Shown one piece after another: positions 20,991-30,700 of a DNA stretch of 64,000 nt (positions are counted from its first letter, which is position 1; every line of letters begins with the position of its first letter). Source of the DNA: a virus (taxonomy: Duplodnaviria; Caudoviricetes); the IMG/VR virus record IMGVR_UViG_3300028888_000047, positions 1 through 64,000 of that record. One strand, given 5' to 3'. The notes beneath the pieces were generated by a model. The model ran no database searches. It was not told where the DNA came from and was given only the letters and a program-made list of their open reading frames with translations. The position numbers and the translations under genes were made by a program.

Positions 20991-21419
20991 CTTTTTGTGT
21001 GCATATAGAACAAGGATGGATGTGGAACTTTGGTATCCTAAGCTTTCCCACCTCAAAGATAACAGTATTTTTTCAAATAACCAAATTATTTTTGGCTTTT
21101 AACATTAAATTAACACAGTTGTTAAAATTGGGTTAAAACCTTATTTTTATTTGGAATTTTCAATTTTTATTATTATCTTTCAGCAGTTAAACAATTAAAA
21201 AGAGATTATGAAGAAGTTTAAGATTATTAATGGAAAGAAGCACAAGGCAATAGGTTACGCCTATGATGGAAAACCAATCGGTTGGATTGCTTGTGGTGAG
21301 AACGATTAAAAATAATTTAAAAATAAAGTAGATTATGCTTACAATTCAAATTCAGTTATTATGCATTATAGTAATGTTAAGTCTTATTCATTCCAAAATG
21401 AAATAAAGAATAGAAGATT

Positions 21420-21818
21420 ATGGCAGACGTTAAGGCATTTATCAGCAAGTGGCATGGTCGTACATTACAAGACGATGGCTGTGTAGTATCAAAGGAATTT
21501 AAGTCATTCCAAACAGCATTTGGCAATGCAATGAAGAAGATTGCCGAGAGTCTTGGTGGCGAGGTTGTGAACTACTCAAAGGGTCACTATGACATGAGTG
21601 GTTTCATTAAGAGGGGTGATAAGTATGTATATTTCTCTTATGACAATGCTCTTGGCAATGGTGGAAGGTCACACATTAACTTAAAGTTTTGTGATGGTTG
21701 GCGTTCTCCATTATTGATTAGGACAGCAAAGCATGAGAAGGACTACACTGGTGGTCACAATAACTTTGAGCGTTTTGAACGTTGCGAGACATTGATTGAC
21801 AAATTGTTGAATGAATAA
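21420..21818 (+). CDS. Hypothetical early protein
   Basis: 132 aa; RTA...DYTGGHN. Confidence 0.8.
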   Translation: MADVKAFISKWHGRTLQDDGCVVSKEFKSFQTAFGNAMKKIAESLGGEVVNYSKGHYDMSGFIKRGDKYVYFSYDNALGNGGRSHINLKFCDGWRSPLLIRTAKHEKDYTGGHNNFERFERCETLIDKLLNE

Positions 21819-21973
21819 GAATATATAACAAGGGTGTGTTGAAATGTGGGGATTGCCTTCGAAAGAAAAATCAAACCTTCCATACCCTTGTTTATATTTT
21901 TTCCACAAAATAATTTTGTCAATTGAAAATAATTTCGTATCTTTGCAACAGAAATCAAAAAGGAGATTAGTAT

Positions 21974-22420
21974 ATGGCAAAAGAAAAAAAAGTATTTAAG
22001 AGCAAGTTTTTCCTCGACCTTTTCTATGAGGTTATGGATGAATATTGGCTTGACAAAGACACCTATGTGATTATCTTCCAAGACATGACGGATTCGAATG
22101 GTGACACATATCATCTTGAAGTGGAATATCACAAGGATGAAGAAGAAATCACTTACACTCGTGTCTATGAGTTTGAGAATGTCCATGACATGTTTCCCTC
22201 GCATGTGTTCAAAAAGCAGATTGATGAATACATCTTGAAGAAGGTTGGTGTCATCAATGAAAATGATACCATTACCGAGGCCACCATTGAGGTGAAGTTG
22301 AAGTTGGCAGTTCCCTTGAACATGAGCGTTGGGGAATATGAGAGTTGGCTTGATTGCCTTTCAATCGATGTAACCAATGATGAGAAGGATATAAAGATAC
22401 TTGAAATTAATAAGAAATAA
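21974..22420 (+). CDS. Acidic hypothetical protein
   Basis: Promoter TATCTTTG at ~21938. Confidence 0.75.
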   Translation: MAKEKKVFKSKFFLDLFYEVMDEYWLDKDTYVIIFQDMTDSNGDTYHLEVEYHKDEEEITYTRVYEFENVHDMFPSHVFKKQIDEYILKKVGVINENDTITEATIEVKLKLAVPLNMSVGEYESWLDCLSIDVTNDEKDIKILEINKK

Positions 22421-22631
22421 AGGTTATGGCAAATGAATTGAAGAAGATGCGAGAGATTCGCATTGCGCAAGTTCAAGTTGGACTTGAAGGAGATAAATCG
22501 TGAGTATGACATCGCAAAAGGGAAGTAAGTGTTAAATAGAGTTAATTGCAAGAAAAAGTTGGGTTGATTTTTGGCTAATCCAATTTTTTTTCGTATCTTT
22601 GCACCATCAAACAATTAAACAATAGAAGATT

Positions 22632-23345
22632 ATGAGAAAGTTATCAGCAATTTACAGAAACGCAAAAGAAGAAGCAAGGATATTCTTCGCCCCAAATTCT
22701 TTTATTTGTGAGGTCAAAAATATGGCGACAAAAGAAATAACCGGAAAATTTGTTGTTGATTCAAACAGCAATGTATCTGATGCAGAAGATTTGTTGCCAA
22801 TTGACTTTGGCAATTATTACAAAGTTCCCTTTGAGCGCAAGAATGGAAAGATTGTATTATATCCTATCAATAAACAAAGGAGAGTTATCTGGTCAAACAA
22901 TGACTATGACGAATGGGAAGAAGCAATGGCTGACGAAGTAACTGACGAGGAAATAACACCCGAATATTACGCATTTTGTCGTGAGAATGACCTTGATGAC
23001 GAGAGAGTAAATCTCGATGTTGAAGTGGATGGCTATATTGTAGCCTTTGCAAGTCTTGGTTTGTGGAATGGCAGAAGGAATGGAGCAAAGCTTGTGGGAA
23101 CAAATGTTCGTGATATTCTTTATAGTAATGATGATTATGTTACGTGGTATTGCGACCCCCACAATGTTAAAGCTGAAATGATTCATCACGATGGAACTAA
23201 TTACGTTCTCTATCGCGTGGCAAGGAATAAAGAGTTGGCTGAACGCTTGGCAAATAAAATTGCCTATGATGGAATGAGTGAAGAACAATTTAGAAAAGCT
23301 ACGCGCTCACTGCGTGAATACGTTGCGCGAGTCTATGGTTGGTAG
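22632..23345 (+). CDS. Hypothetical protein
   Basis: 237 aa; LGLWNG and HHDGTN motifs; own promoter. Confidence 0.8.
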   Translation: MRKLSAIYRNAKEEARIFFAPNSFICEVKNMATKEITGKFVVDSNSNVSDAEDLLPIDFGNYYKVPFERKNGKIVLYPINKQRRVIWSNNDYDEWEEAMADEVTDEEITPEYYAFCRENDLDDERVNLDVEVDGYIVAFASLGLWNGRRNGAKLVGTNVRDILYSNDDYVTWYCDPHNVKAEMIHHDGTNYVLYRVARNKELAERLANKIAYDGMSEEQFRKATRSLREYVARVYGW

Positions 23346-23637
23346 ATAGATTGATGTTTGGTTTGTCATAAATGATGTTGTTTTTCAAAACGTGTTGTCT
23401 GCGAAGATGGCACGTTTTTTATATGTTAATTAAATGTTAAATCCACCAAAATATTTGGTGGTTTCAATTTTTATTGTTATCTTTGAAGTGGGCAGCCAGG
23501 AAGAGCACGTGAGGAGGCGTTGGTGAACTGTAAATGATTCGAATGTTAATTAAATGTTAATAATACAATATTATTTGGCTATATCATTTTTTATTATTAT
23601 CTTTAAGCATCAATTAAAAATAAAAGAGATTAGAATT

Positions 23638-23850
23638 ATGAAAAAGTATTGGTTATTAAACGTGGCTGGTGTCGGTGGTTATTCCATCATGGTACACTGC
23701 GAAGCAAACACAATTGAAGAAGCAGTTTGCAAAGCAGCAGAAGCAGACCTCTTTGATGATGAAGATGATGCTGAAAGAGCGTGGGGTGAAGAAGCAGATG
23801 ATGATACAATCAAGCATTTCAATAAATATGGTTTAACTCACGAACTTTAA
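23638..23850 (+). CDS. Acidic hypothetical protein (start MKKYW)
   Basis: Promoter at 23598 precedes ATG at 23638. Confidence 0.7.
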   Translation: MKKYWLLNVAGVGGYSIMVHCEANTIEEAVCKAAEADLFDDEDDAERAWGEEADDDTIKHFNKYGLTHEL

Positions 23851-24332
23851 GATATGGAAAAGGTTAAATGCGTTAGTTGCGGCTCCGATGTTGAGATTAA
23901 TATCTCAAAAGCCGTAGATGAACATGGTGAGGTGTTCCTTTGTCCAAATTGTGGTAAAAAGTTCAGATACACCAATAAATAAATTCTTGTGTTAAAAATG
24001 TTAATTCACTTGCATATATAAGAATTTATTCATATCTTTGCATCGTCAAAATAAAATTAATGTATAACAATTAAAAAACAAATAGTAAAATGAAGAAGTT
24101 GATTTAATAGTAGCAATTAATTAGCCAGTAGGTGCAATAAAAGTAATAAGACCTCGCACAGGCAACCCACAATGGTGTGGAAGTAATGTGTAAATAGAGT
24201 ATCTTATAATCCTACCTATCCTCAAAGTGCGGAGATAGTATCTAATTAATAGAGGGCAGCACCAAGCGAAGCCAAAAAGGAGTTGAAACCACTCTATCAA
24301 AGGTCGTGATTGCGGTAATCGACATATAAAAA

Positions 24333-24405
24333 GACTCGTTAGCTCAGTTGGTAGAGCACAACACTTTTAATGTTGGGGTCTTGGGTTCGAACCCCAAACG
24401 AGTCA
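24333..24405 (+). tRNA. tRNA-Lys(TTT)
   Basis: Full cloverleaf, GACTCGT/ACGAGTC acceptor, anticodon loop CTTTTAA, TTCGAAC T loop; no encoded CCA. Confidence 0.95.
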
Positions 24406-24697
24406 CGAAGAATTTATTATAAGATTTTTGTTTTGTATTTGAAGCGTGTTGCCTGCGAAGGCAACACGTTTTTCTTTTTATACATATTCATTTCAATTGC
24501 CTCACCTTGGTGAACAACCCTTTCACCTGTTTTCCCACCTCAAAGATAATAAATTTAATCCAATCTTGCAAATTTTTATTGTTAATTGATGTTAAAGAAA
24601 AAAGTTTTTTTATTAACATTTTTTACATATATTTTTTTGGAAATTAGAAATAAAATGATTATCTTTCCAACGTTAAACATTTAAATTTATATTAATT

Positions 24698-25369
24698 ATG
24701 TACAGCAATCAAATTTCAGACATCAAGGACTTCGCAAGAGGAATCAAGCGTGGTACATTTGGTTTGTATTGCGCAACGTTCACCGAAAAGAAGATGAACA
24801 AGTACCCAAATGGCACAATGCCTGCTGAGCGCAAGACAACCCCCGAAAACCCTTATTTGGGTAAGGTGTTCACCCTATCAGTATATCAGAACGCATGCAC
24901 GGGCGTAAACTATTATAATGTAGTAAAAAGTGAGTGCAAGCGTGAAGGAATCAGTTTTACTGATGAAGAGTTTGCAATAGCATTCCCAAAAGAGGGAACG
25001 TATTGCGAAGCAACCGAAGATGCGCTTGCAAACATCATCTTAAAGCACAACGACAAAGACCAAGAGTATCTTCGTCTTTACAAAGGCCGCAAACCCACAA
25101 AGGTGGTGTATTTCACAATCTACAATTATTCAATAGTTCCCGAAGACAGCGAACTGATGGCTGACATCAAGCGTTACGTTCCGGCCAAGAAGGAAAGCGC
25201 AAAACAAGAAGCTTTGGGAATCACCAATATTGTGGAAGTGAAACAGCCAAAGATTGAAAACGTGGTGTTCCTTGCGCAAGGTGATGACATCTATATCAAC
25301 CCTCGATTTGGAGTGCAAGCAATGTTCAATCTTGACAGCATTAACAAGATGTTCGCGCCCAAGAAGTAA
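24698..25369 (+). CDS. Hypothetical early protein
   Basis: 223 aa, own promoter; YLRLY motif. Confidence 0.8.
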   Translation: MYSNQISDIKDFARGIKRGTFGLYCATFTEKKMNKYPNGTMPAERKTTPENPYLGKVFTLSVYQNACTGVNYYNVVKSECKREGISFTDEEFAIAFPKEGTYCEATEDALANIILKHNDKDQEYLRLYKGRKPTKVVYFTIYNYSIVPEDSELMADIKRYVPAKKESAKQEALGITNIVEVKQPKIENVVFLAQGDDIYINPRFGVQAMFNLDSINKMFAPKK

Positions 25370-25672
25370 TGGGTACTTAATTAAGTACGTAGTTGGATTT
25401 TGTAGCATAGGCATTTTAATTTTTTGATTGAAGCACGCTGCTCATGAGAGTGGCGTGTTTTTTTTATATTTATTAACATTAAAAATTTGGCTATTTCAGT
25501 TTTTATTGTTATCTTTGAAATGGGCAAACAGAAGACGCTCGTGAAGAGGCGTATGAATACAGTAAACATTCAAATGTTAATAAAATGTTAAAGTGGGAAA
25601 AATATTTGGTAATATCAAATTTAATTATTATCTTTCAAGCGTTAAGTTAAACAATTAAATAAATAAGGTATT

Positions 25673-25864
25673 ATGAAGATTAAAGGCTTAAAGAAGTGTG
25701 GAATGGTTGCCGAGAAAGTCAAGGGCAAGAACGGCAAGGTGTATGAGACCGGTGAGCAGATTCAGCAGTATGTGGCTCCTGATGGCTTCAAAGGAACGTA
25801 CAATAGATTCATTAGAGAAGCTGAACGCGGCAATCTTCACGGCTGCATAATTGCTTCAAGTTAA
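25673..25864 (+). CDS. Hypothetical protein
   Basis: Promoter at 25629. Confidence 0.7.
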   Translation: MKIKGLKKCGMVAEKVKGKNGKVYETGEQIQQYVAPDGFKGTYNRFIREAERGNLHGCIIASS

Positions 25865-26009
25865 CATATAGAAGTTGTTGGGTACTGAAAGCATTTAAGA
25901 TTAATCCCCAACGCTTCAAGTGTTAAAAAAGTGTTAAAGTCACGAAAAAATTTGGATATATCAAAAAAAATGATTATCTTTGCAACGTAAACAATAAAAA
26001 ACAAATAAT

Positions 26010-26135
26010 ATGAGCAAGAAAAGTTTTAAGAAATCAACGAAATTAAAGCGAGTGATAGCAATCCCCGGACGTGTCATTAAGAACTCCAAGGGAGAGGTAG
26101 TTAAACAGCTTTACAATATCCTCAAAGTAGGATAA
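26010..26135 (+). CDS. Small basic ORF (41 aa, MSKKSFKKSTK...)
   Basis: Promoter at ~25975 and A-rich leader. Confidence 0.5.
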   Translation: MSKKSFKKSTKLKRVIAIPGRVIKNSKGEVVKQLYNILKVG

Positions 26136-26224
26136 AGTTCCAACAAAGGTTAACGGCAAACTAAATGTAGCTAATTAATGCGGAATGTCGGTTAAAGCCG
26201 TTACGGTAGGATAAAACAAACCAC

Positions 26225-26342
26225 AGCGAATGGAACATCGGCCACTCGGCCAATTCTCTAAGTCCCGAGCCGCCACTATCCAAAGCGAATGGAACATCGG
26301 CCACTCGGCCAATTCTCTAAGTCCCGAGCCGCCACTATCCAA
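26225..26342 (+). repeat. Perfect 59-bp tandem duplication
   Basis: AGCGAATGGAAC...ACTATCCAA twice. Confidence 0.95.
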
Positions 26343-26499
26343 GAATGGGGAAACCTACCTTTACCTTTTTTAACTAATTAAAACGTAACAGTGAGCGTAT
26401 GAAGAGAAATAAACCTCCGCCCTAAAGGGATTATATGATATTTAATTAGATTTTTTATGAATACTATGATAGTGAATACAATGAGACGAATAATGATTA

Positions 26500-27007
26500 G
26501 AGGCCGACCCTAAAGGTCTCTCCCAAGCTATCTGAGCAATGAATGAGTTTAGGCTGATAATAGTGCGAGAAAGGCAAACCTCATTGGCAAGGATTGGCTT
26601 ATCAGCGTAATCGATAGCACCGCCCCCATATAAATAATCCGGAGTATTGAAAGAGGGTAGGTGAGTGCAACAAGGTGAATCTCGGCCGGACTGATGGGCG
26701 GAGTACGAGGTTGCACAAATTAATAGGGCGCGTTGGTCTGCCATTTGGCTCTGTTGCGTTGACAACGATGCCATAGATAGGCCGCTCGTTTGCGCCCATA
26801 TTCAAAGGGGTTTAGGGCCGCCACCCATTCGCGCTTTACAAAGCGGTAATTTTTAGGCACGCCCGTTGCACCGCCGTTGCGGCGCATCACCCCACACTTT
26901 TTAACAGGGCATAGTGCCGATATTATTCGGCTCGCGTAATTAATGATGCCCAACAAAAGGGGAATTGCCCCGCCCAACGGTAATATCACACCGCAGGGTT
27001 AGGTCTC
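26500..27007 (+). ncRNA. Large (~510 nt) structured ncRNA, unclassified
   Basis: GC-rich island; the two ends pair (GAGGCCGACCCT with AGGGTTAGGTCTC); many internal helices; abuts a tRNA-like gene. Confidence 0.7.
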
Positions 27008-27023
27008 CCCTTTTACTTTTTCT

Positions 27024-27207
27024 CTTTCTTTAGCTCAGTTGGTAGAGCATCACGGCAGAGTGCTATAGGAAACAAATGCCTCAAGTTCATAGGAAACAAA
27101 CGCCTCCAAAGTGAGGAAGCCGTACGAATAAAGAGTTCCTGGTAAGTTCTCCGTTTGTTTAACTATGATAAACGTGAAGGTCGTTGGTTCGAGTCCAACA
27201 AGTTAGA
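27024..27207 (+). tRNA. tRNA-like gene with 118-nt insertion replacing the anticodon loop
   Basis: Canonical D arm and T arm; TCACG/CGTGA anticodon stem; acceptor stem with two U-U mismatches. Confidence 0.75.
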
Positions 27208-27517
27208 GCAAATACTTTGCTTTCATAATTTGTTAGTTTTTGATTGTTTGACACGAAGGTGTAGCTTAATTGCTACGCCTTTTGTCGTATATATGCTTTT
27301 CGACGACAGAACCTTGGTGATACAACCCTTTTATTTGTTTCCCCACTTCAAAGATAATCATTTTTATTGAATCTTGCAAATTTTTATTGTTAATTGATGT
27401 TAATAACAGTAAGAAAAAATATTTCAAATTTTAAGTTTTTTTAATAATAAAAATTTTGAAATTTGAAATTAAAATATTATCTTTCAGGCGTTAAACAATT
27501 AAATAATATAATAATGT

Positions 27518-27736
27518 ATGGCAACAAAGAAACATATATGTGGCATATACAAAGGTTATAAGATTATTCAAGAATATGAACAAATTGGTAACGGCATATA
27601 TGGAATATTCTATCCTTGCGTTAAAAAGCGTAACAGGTGGTATAAAAGAAAAAACTTTGGTTCAACAAAGTTAGAAAGTTTAAAAAAATGTATTGATATT
27701 TGGGAAAAAGAGAAAGAACAAACAACAATTAAATAA
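27518..27736 (+). CDS. Hypothetical protein
   Basis: Promoter at 27478. Confidence 0.7.
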   Translation: MATKKHICGIYKGYKIIQEYEQIGNGIYGIFYPCVKKRNRWYKRKNFGSTKLESLKKCIDIWEKEKEQTTIK

Positions 27737-27744
27737 CTAAAGTT

Positions 27745-28020
27745 ATGGAAACAATTAAAGGAAAAACGGTTCAAGTTCTTACTATTGATTGGATTGATGA
27801 TTGTTCAACAATTCGTCAAAGTGTAGATACATTTGAAGATGTTGAAGATGCTCGCAAGGCATTATCACAGTTTGATGCGGAAGTAAATGATTGGGTTAAA
27901 TCAACACGTCCCGATTGGAAACGTGAAGGTGATGGAATTAATTTCGTTGAATATGGAAAAGAAGGATATTACTTTGATTCTCACGCTGTTGCAAAAATAA
28001 CAATGAGTGTTGTTAAGTAA
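27745..28020 (+). CDS. Hypothetical protein
   Basis: Operonic ORF. Confidence 0.7.
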   Translation: METIKGKTVQVLTIDWIDDCSTIRQSVDTFEDVEDARKALSQFDAEVNDWVKSTRPDWKREGDGINFVEYGKEGYYFDSHAVAKITMSVVK

Positions 28021-28334
28021 GGTACTTAATTAAGTGCATATATAATATAAATAATGTACGCGCGAAGGTCAAATGTTAATTAAATGTTAAACCTGAAAAA
28101 AAATTTGGAGAATTGAAAATTAATTATTATCTTTCGCTCAGAAATTAAAAATGAGAATTAAAAAATAGAAAATTAAAACTTAAAAATTAAAATTTGAAAT
28201 GAAACGTTAAAGAAAAGTTAAAATCGAAAAAAAATTTGGAGATTAAAAAATAAATGATTATCTTTCAAGCACAAAATTAAAAACGAATAAAAAATCAATT
28301 AAGTTAAACAATTAAATTATAGGAGATTAAAACT

Positions 28335-29066
28335 ATGGCAAAAAACGTTTGTACTAACAAGAGTTTGATTAAGGCAGAGATTAACCACTATCTGGAACTG
28401 CTTCGTAACGCAATCGCATTCAATGGTCGTTCTCACGTTCCCGTGTACTTCGCAGGCGTTCACAAGGAGGCCATCGAAGCCATCAAGGAAATGGGCATCA
28501 AGGTCGAGGAAAAGGCCGGTCGCTGGACTACCAAGTTCTATGCACCTAAGAAGGGTACTAAGGCGTGGAACACCCTTTTCAACGGCTCAAAGGTTTTGGA
28601 AGAGGCCAAGGCTCACAACGAGGCCAAGGTAGCTGCTGCTAAGGCAGAGAAGGAGGCCAAGGCTGCTAAGGCTAAGGCTAAGGCTGAAAAGAAGGCTGCT
28701 AAGGAGAAGGAGGCCAAGGCTAAGGCTGCTGCTAAGGCAGAGAAGGAGGCCAAGGCTGCTAAGGAGAAGGAGGCCAAGGCTAAGGCTGCTGCTAAGGCTG
28801 CTAAGGCTGAAAAGAAGACTGCTGCTGCTAAGGCTGCAAAGCCCAAGAAGGATGCAACCGTGAAGGCCGCAAAGCCCAAGACCGAGAAGAAGGCTGCTGC
28901 TAAGGCTGCAAAGCCCAAGAAGGAGACCAAGCCAAAGGCTGAAAAGAAGGCTGCTGCTAAGGCTGCTAAGGAGACCAAGCCAAAGGCTGATGCTGCTCCA
29001 AAGGCTGCTCCTGCTCCAACAGCCGAGCCTGCTCCAACAGCCGAGCCTGCTAAGACTGAGGCTTAA
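28335..29066 (+). CDS. Histone H1-like Ala/Lys/Pro-rich protein
   Basis: ~90-aa globular N-terminus, then AKAAK/KPK repeats; strongly biased GCT/AAG codons. Confidence 0.8.
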   Translation: MAKNVCTNKSLIKAEINHYLELLRNAIAFNGRSHVPVYFAGVHKEAIEAIKEMGIKVEEKAGRWTTKFYAPKKGTKAWNTLFNGSKVLEEAKAHNEAKVAAAKAEKEAKAAKAKAKAEKKAAKEKEAKAKAAAKAEKEAKAAKEKEAKAKAAAKAAKAEKKTAAAKAAKPKKDATVKAAKPKTEKKAAAKAAKPKKETKPKAEKKAAAKAAKETKPKADAAPKAAPAPTAEPAPTAEPAKTEA

Positions 29067-29122
29067 ACCAAACAAATGCAAGGGTGGGAAACTACCTGCC
29101 CTTGCTTTATTAAAAAATTAAA

Positions 29123-29437
29123 ATGAATGTTTTTTTAAAAGAAAATAATATGATTGATAAAGATAACGCAAAAACCATTTCAATATTGGTATGTTTCGAG
29201 GGCAAAAATCGTCGTATCGAAATCAACCCAAAGAAGTGTGTAACCAACGCAAACAAGGACTTTTCGTACAGCGCGCAATATAAGGCTGACAATGGTAAGA
29301 CCTATTTGGTTAAGGTGGTGTCCATCAATGGAACCGAGGGCGCAAAGGCTGATGTTACTATCACAAATCGTAGCGGTAAGCAAATGATTGCCGAGCGTCA
29401 CGGGGTAGATGTAAGATTCCACCGCTACATTTTCTAA
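29123..29437 (+). CDS. Hypothetical protein
   Basis: 104-aa ORF. Confidence 0.7.
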   Translation: MNVFLKENNMIDKDNAKTISILVCFEGKNRRIEINPKKCVTNANKDFSYSAQYKADNGKTYLVKVVSINGTEGAKADVTITNRSGKQMIAERHGVDVRFHRYIF

Positions 29438-29563
29438 GACTATGTTGCTGCGCTATACAATGGGGCAAATTGCCCCTTATTTTGCCTTGTTTAAGGAAGG
29501 CTTATTTCGTGCGTATGGCCCTCAATATAGGCCAAAACGAACAAAATTAAAAGGGTATCAAAA

Positions 29564-29959
29564 ATGCAAGAAAAAAAGACGTTAGCTGACGGCATTCACA
29601 ACAAAATACGCAATCTTTTCTTATGGTCTGCTGTAAATAAGCCAGACTATATCGTAGGGAAAATTTCAGAATATCTTGAAATACCTATTGATTCAATCAA
29701 GCTAAGAGAGGAAAGAAGCGTAAAAGGCGATGACGGCGAAATAGCATATTCAATGTACACCTTGCTTGTGTGTGATTCAGAGTTTATACTGCGCTTTACA
29801 CGCAAGGTAGAAGAGCCAAAAGAAATTGAAGTGCCAAAGGTCGTTAATAAGCCTAAGAAATGGTATCAATTTGGAGAGCCTGAAACTGAGGTTATAATAG
29901 AAAAACAGCCTTCAAAAGAAAAGCCACGTGTGTATTGGTTATTGTCTTCGGTAGAATAA
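29564..29959 (+). CDS. Hypothetical protein
   Basis: 131-aa ORF followed by hairpin. Confidence 0.7.
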   Translation: MQEKKTLADGIHNKIRNLFLWSAVNKPDYIVGKISEYLEIPIDSIKLREERSVKGDDGEIAYSMYTLLVCDSEFILRFTRKVEEPKEIEVPKVVNKPKKWYQFGEPETEVIIEKQPSKEKPRVYWLLSSVE

Positions 29960-30150
29960 ATAAAATGCTGCTCAAAAAAGAGTAGCATTTTTTACATTTA
30001 TTAACACCAAAAATTTGGCGCTTTAATTTTAAATGATTATCTTTGATGTGGGAAAATAAATGAAGGCGTTGTAACACCAAGATGAAAAAATAAGAGAATA
30101 ATTTGGTTTTCTCAATATTTATTTGTATATTTGTAAGAGTTAAACAATAT

Positions 30151-30234
30151 GGCCGCATGGCGGAATTGGTAGACGCGAGGGACTTAAAATCCCTTGGGCA
30201 TTTGCCCGTCCGGGTTCGAGTCCCGGTGTGGCCA
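30151..30234 (+). tRNA. tRNA-Leu(TAA)
   Basis: Cloverleaf with long variable arm, anticodon loop CTTAAAA; own promoter at 30126. Confidence 0.95.
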
Positions 30235-30508
30235 CATTTATTTTTTCATGTTGTAGTTTTAAATGGCTTTCGCTCATCACGAGCGGGAGCCATTTTTCCT
30301 TTCATGCCACTCCCTGTGGAGGAACTCATTAGTATCCTATTGTTCCTACCTCAAAGATAACAGTATTTTTTCAAATATCCAAATATTTTCTTGTGTTTAA
30401 CACTATTTTAACACTTATGTTAATTAAATGTTAAAATTGAAATTTTATTTTGTTTTTAAAAAATAAATGCTTATCTTTCCCACGTTAAACAATTAAATTA
30501 ATATTAAT

Positions 30509-30700
30509 ATGAATAATTGGGTAAAGAAAACGAAGCCAAAGAAAAAAAGGTTGAATAAGATTCAGTTTATTAGGAAATATAAACGTTTTAACATCTTTAC
30601 AAAGGGTGGCGAAAATAGAACCGTAACCGCTCCTTATCCAATGACTTTGGATTATGCAATGTATTATTTTAACGCATTATCAATTGGTTCAGCAGAATGA
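30509..30700 (+). CDS. Basic hypothetical protein
   Basis: Promoter at 30472. Confidence 0.65.
   Translation: MNNWVKKTKPKKKRLNKIQFIRKYKRFNIFTKGGENRTVTAPYPMTLDYAMYYFNALSIGSAE

Noticed and set aside
22426-22528. Programmed frameshift in a short ORF resembling the start of 34000..34308
   Set aside because: Similarity is short and no slippery site is evident; more likely a decayed fragment
26442-26989. Minus-strand ORFs 26442..26774, 26602..26805, 26720..26989
   Set aside because: Overlapping frames without A-rich leaders; explained by stop-codon depletion in a GC-rich structured RNA
26500-27007. RNase P RNA or tmRNA
   Set aside because: No GAGGAAAGUCC P4 signature, and no tRNA-Ala-like ends or tag ORF
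27055-27172. Group I intron in the tRNA
   Set aside because: 118 nt is too short, with no terminal G at the expected position and no recognisable P7 core
28423-29081. Alternative-frame and antisense ORFs over the H1-like gene
   Set aside because: Shadows of the GCT/AAG repeat codons
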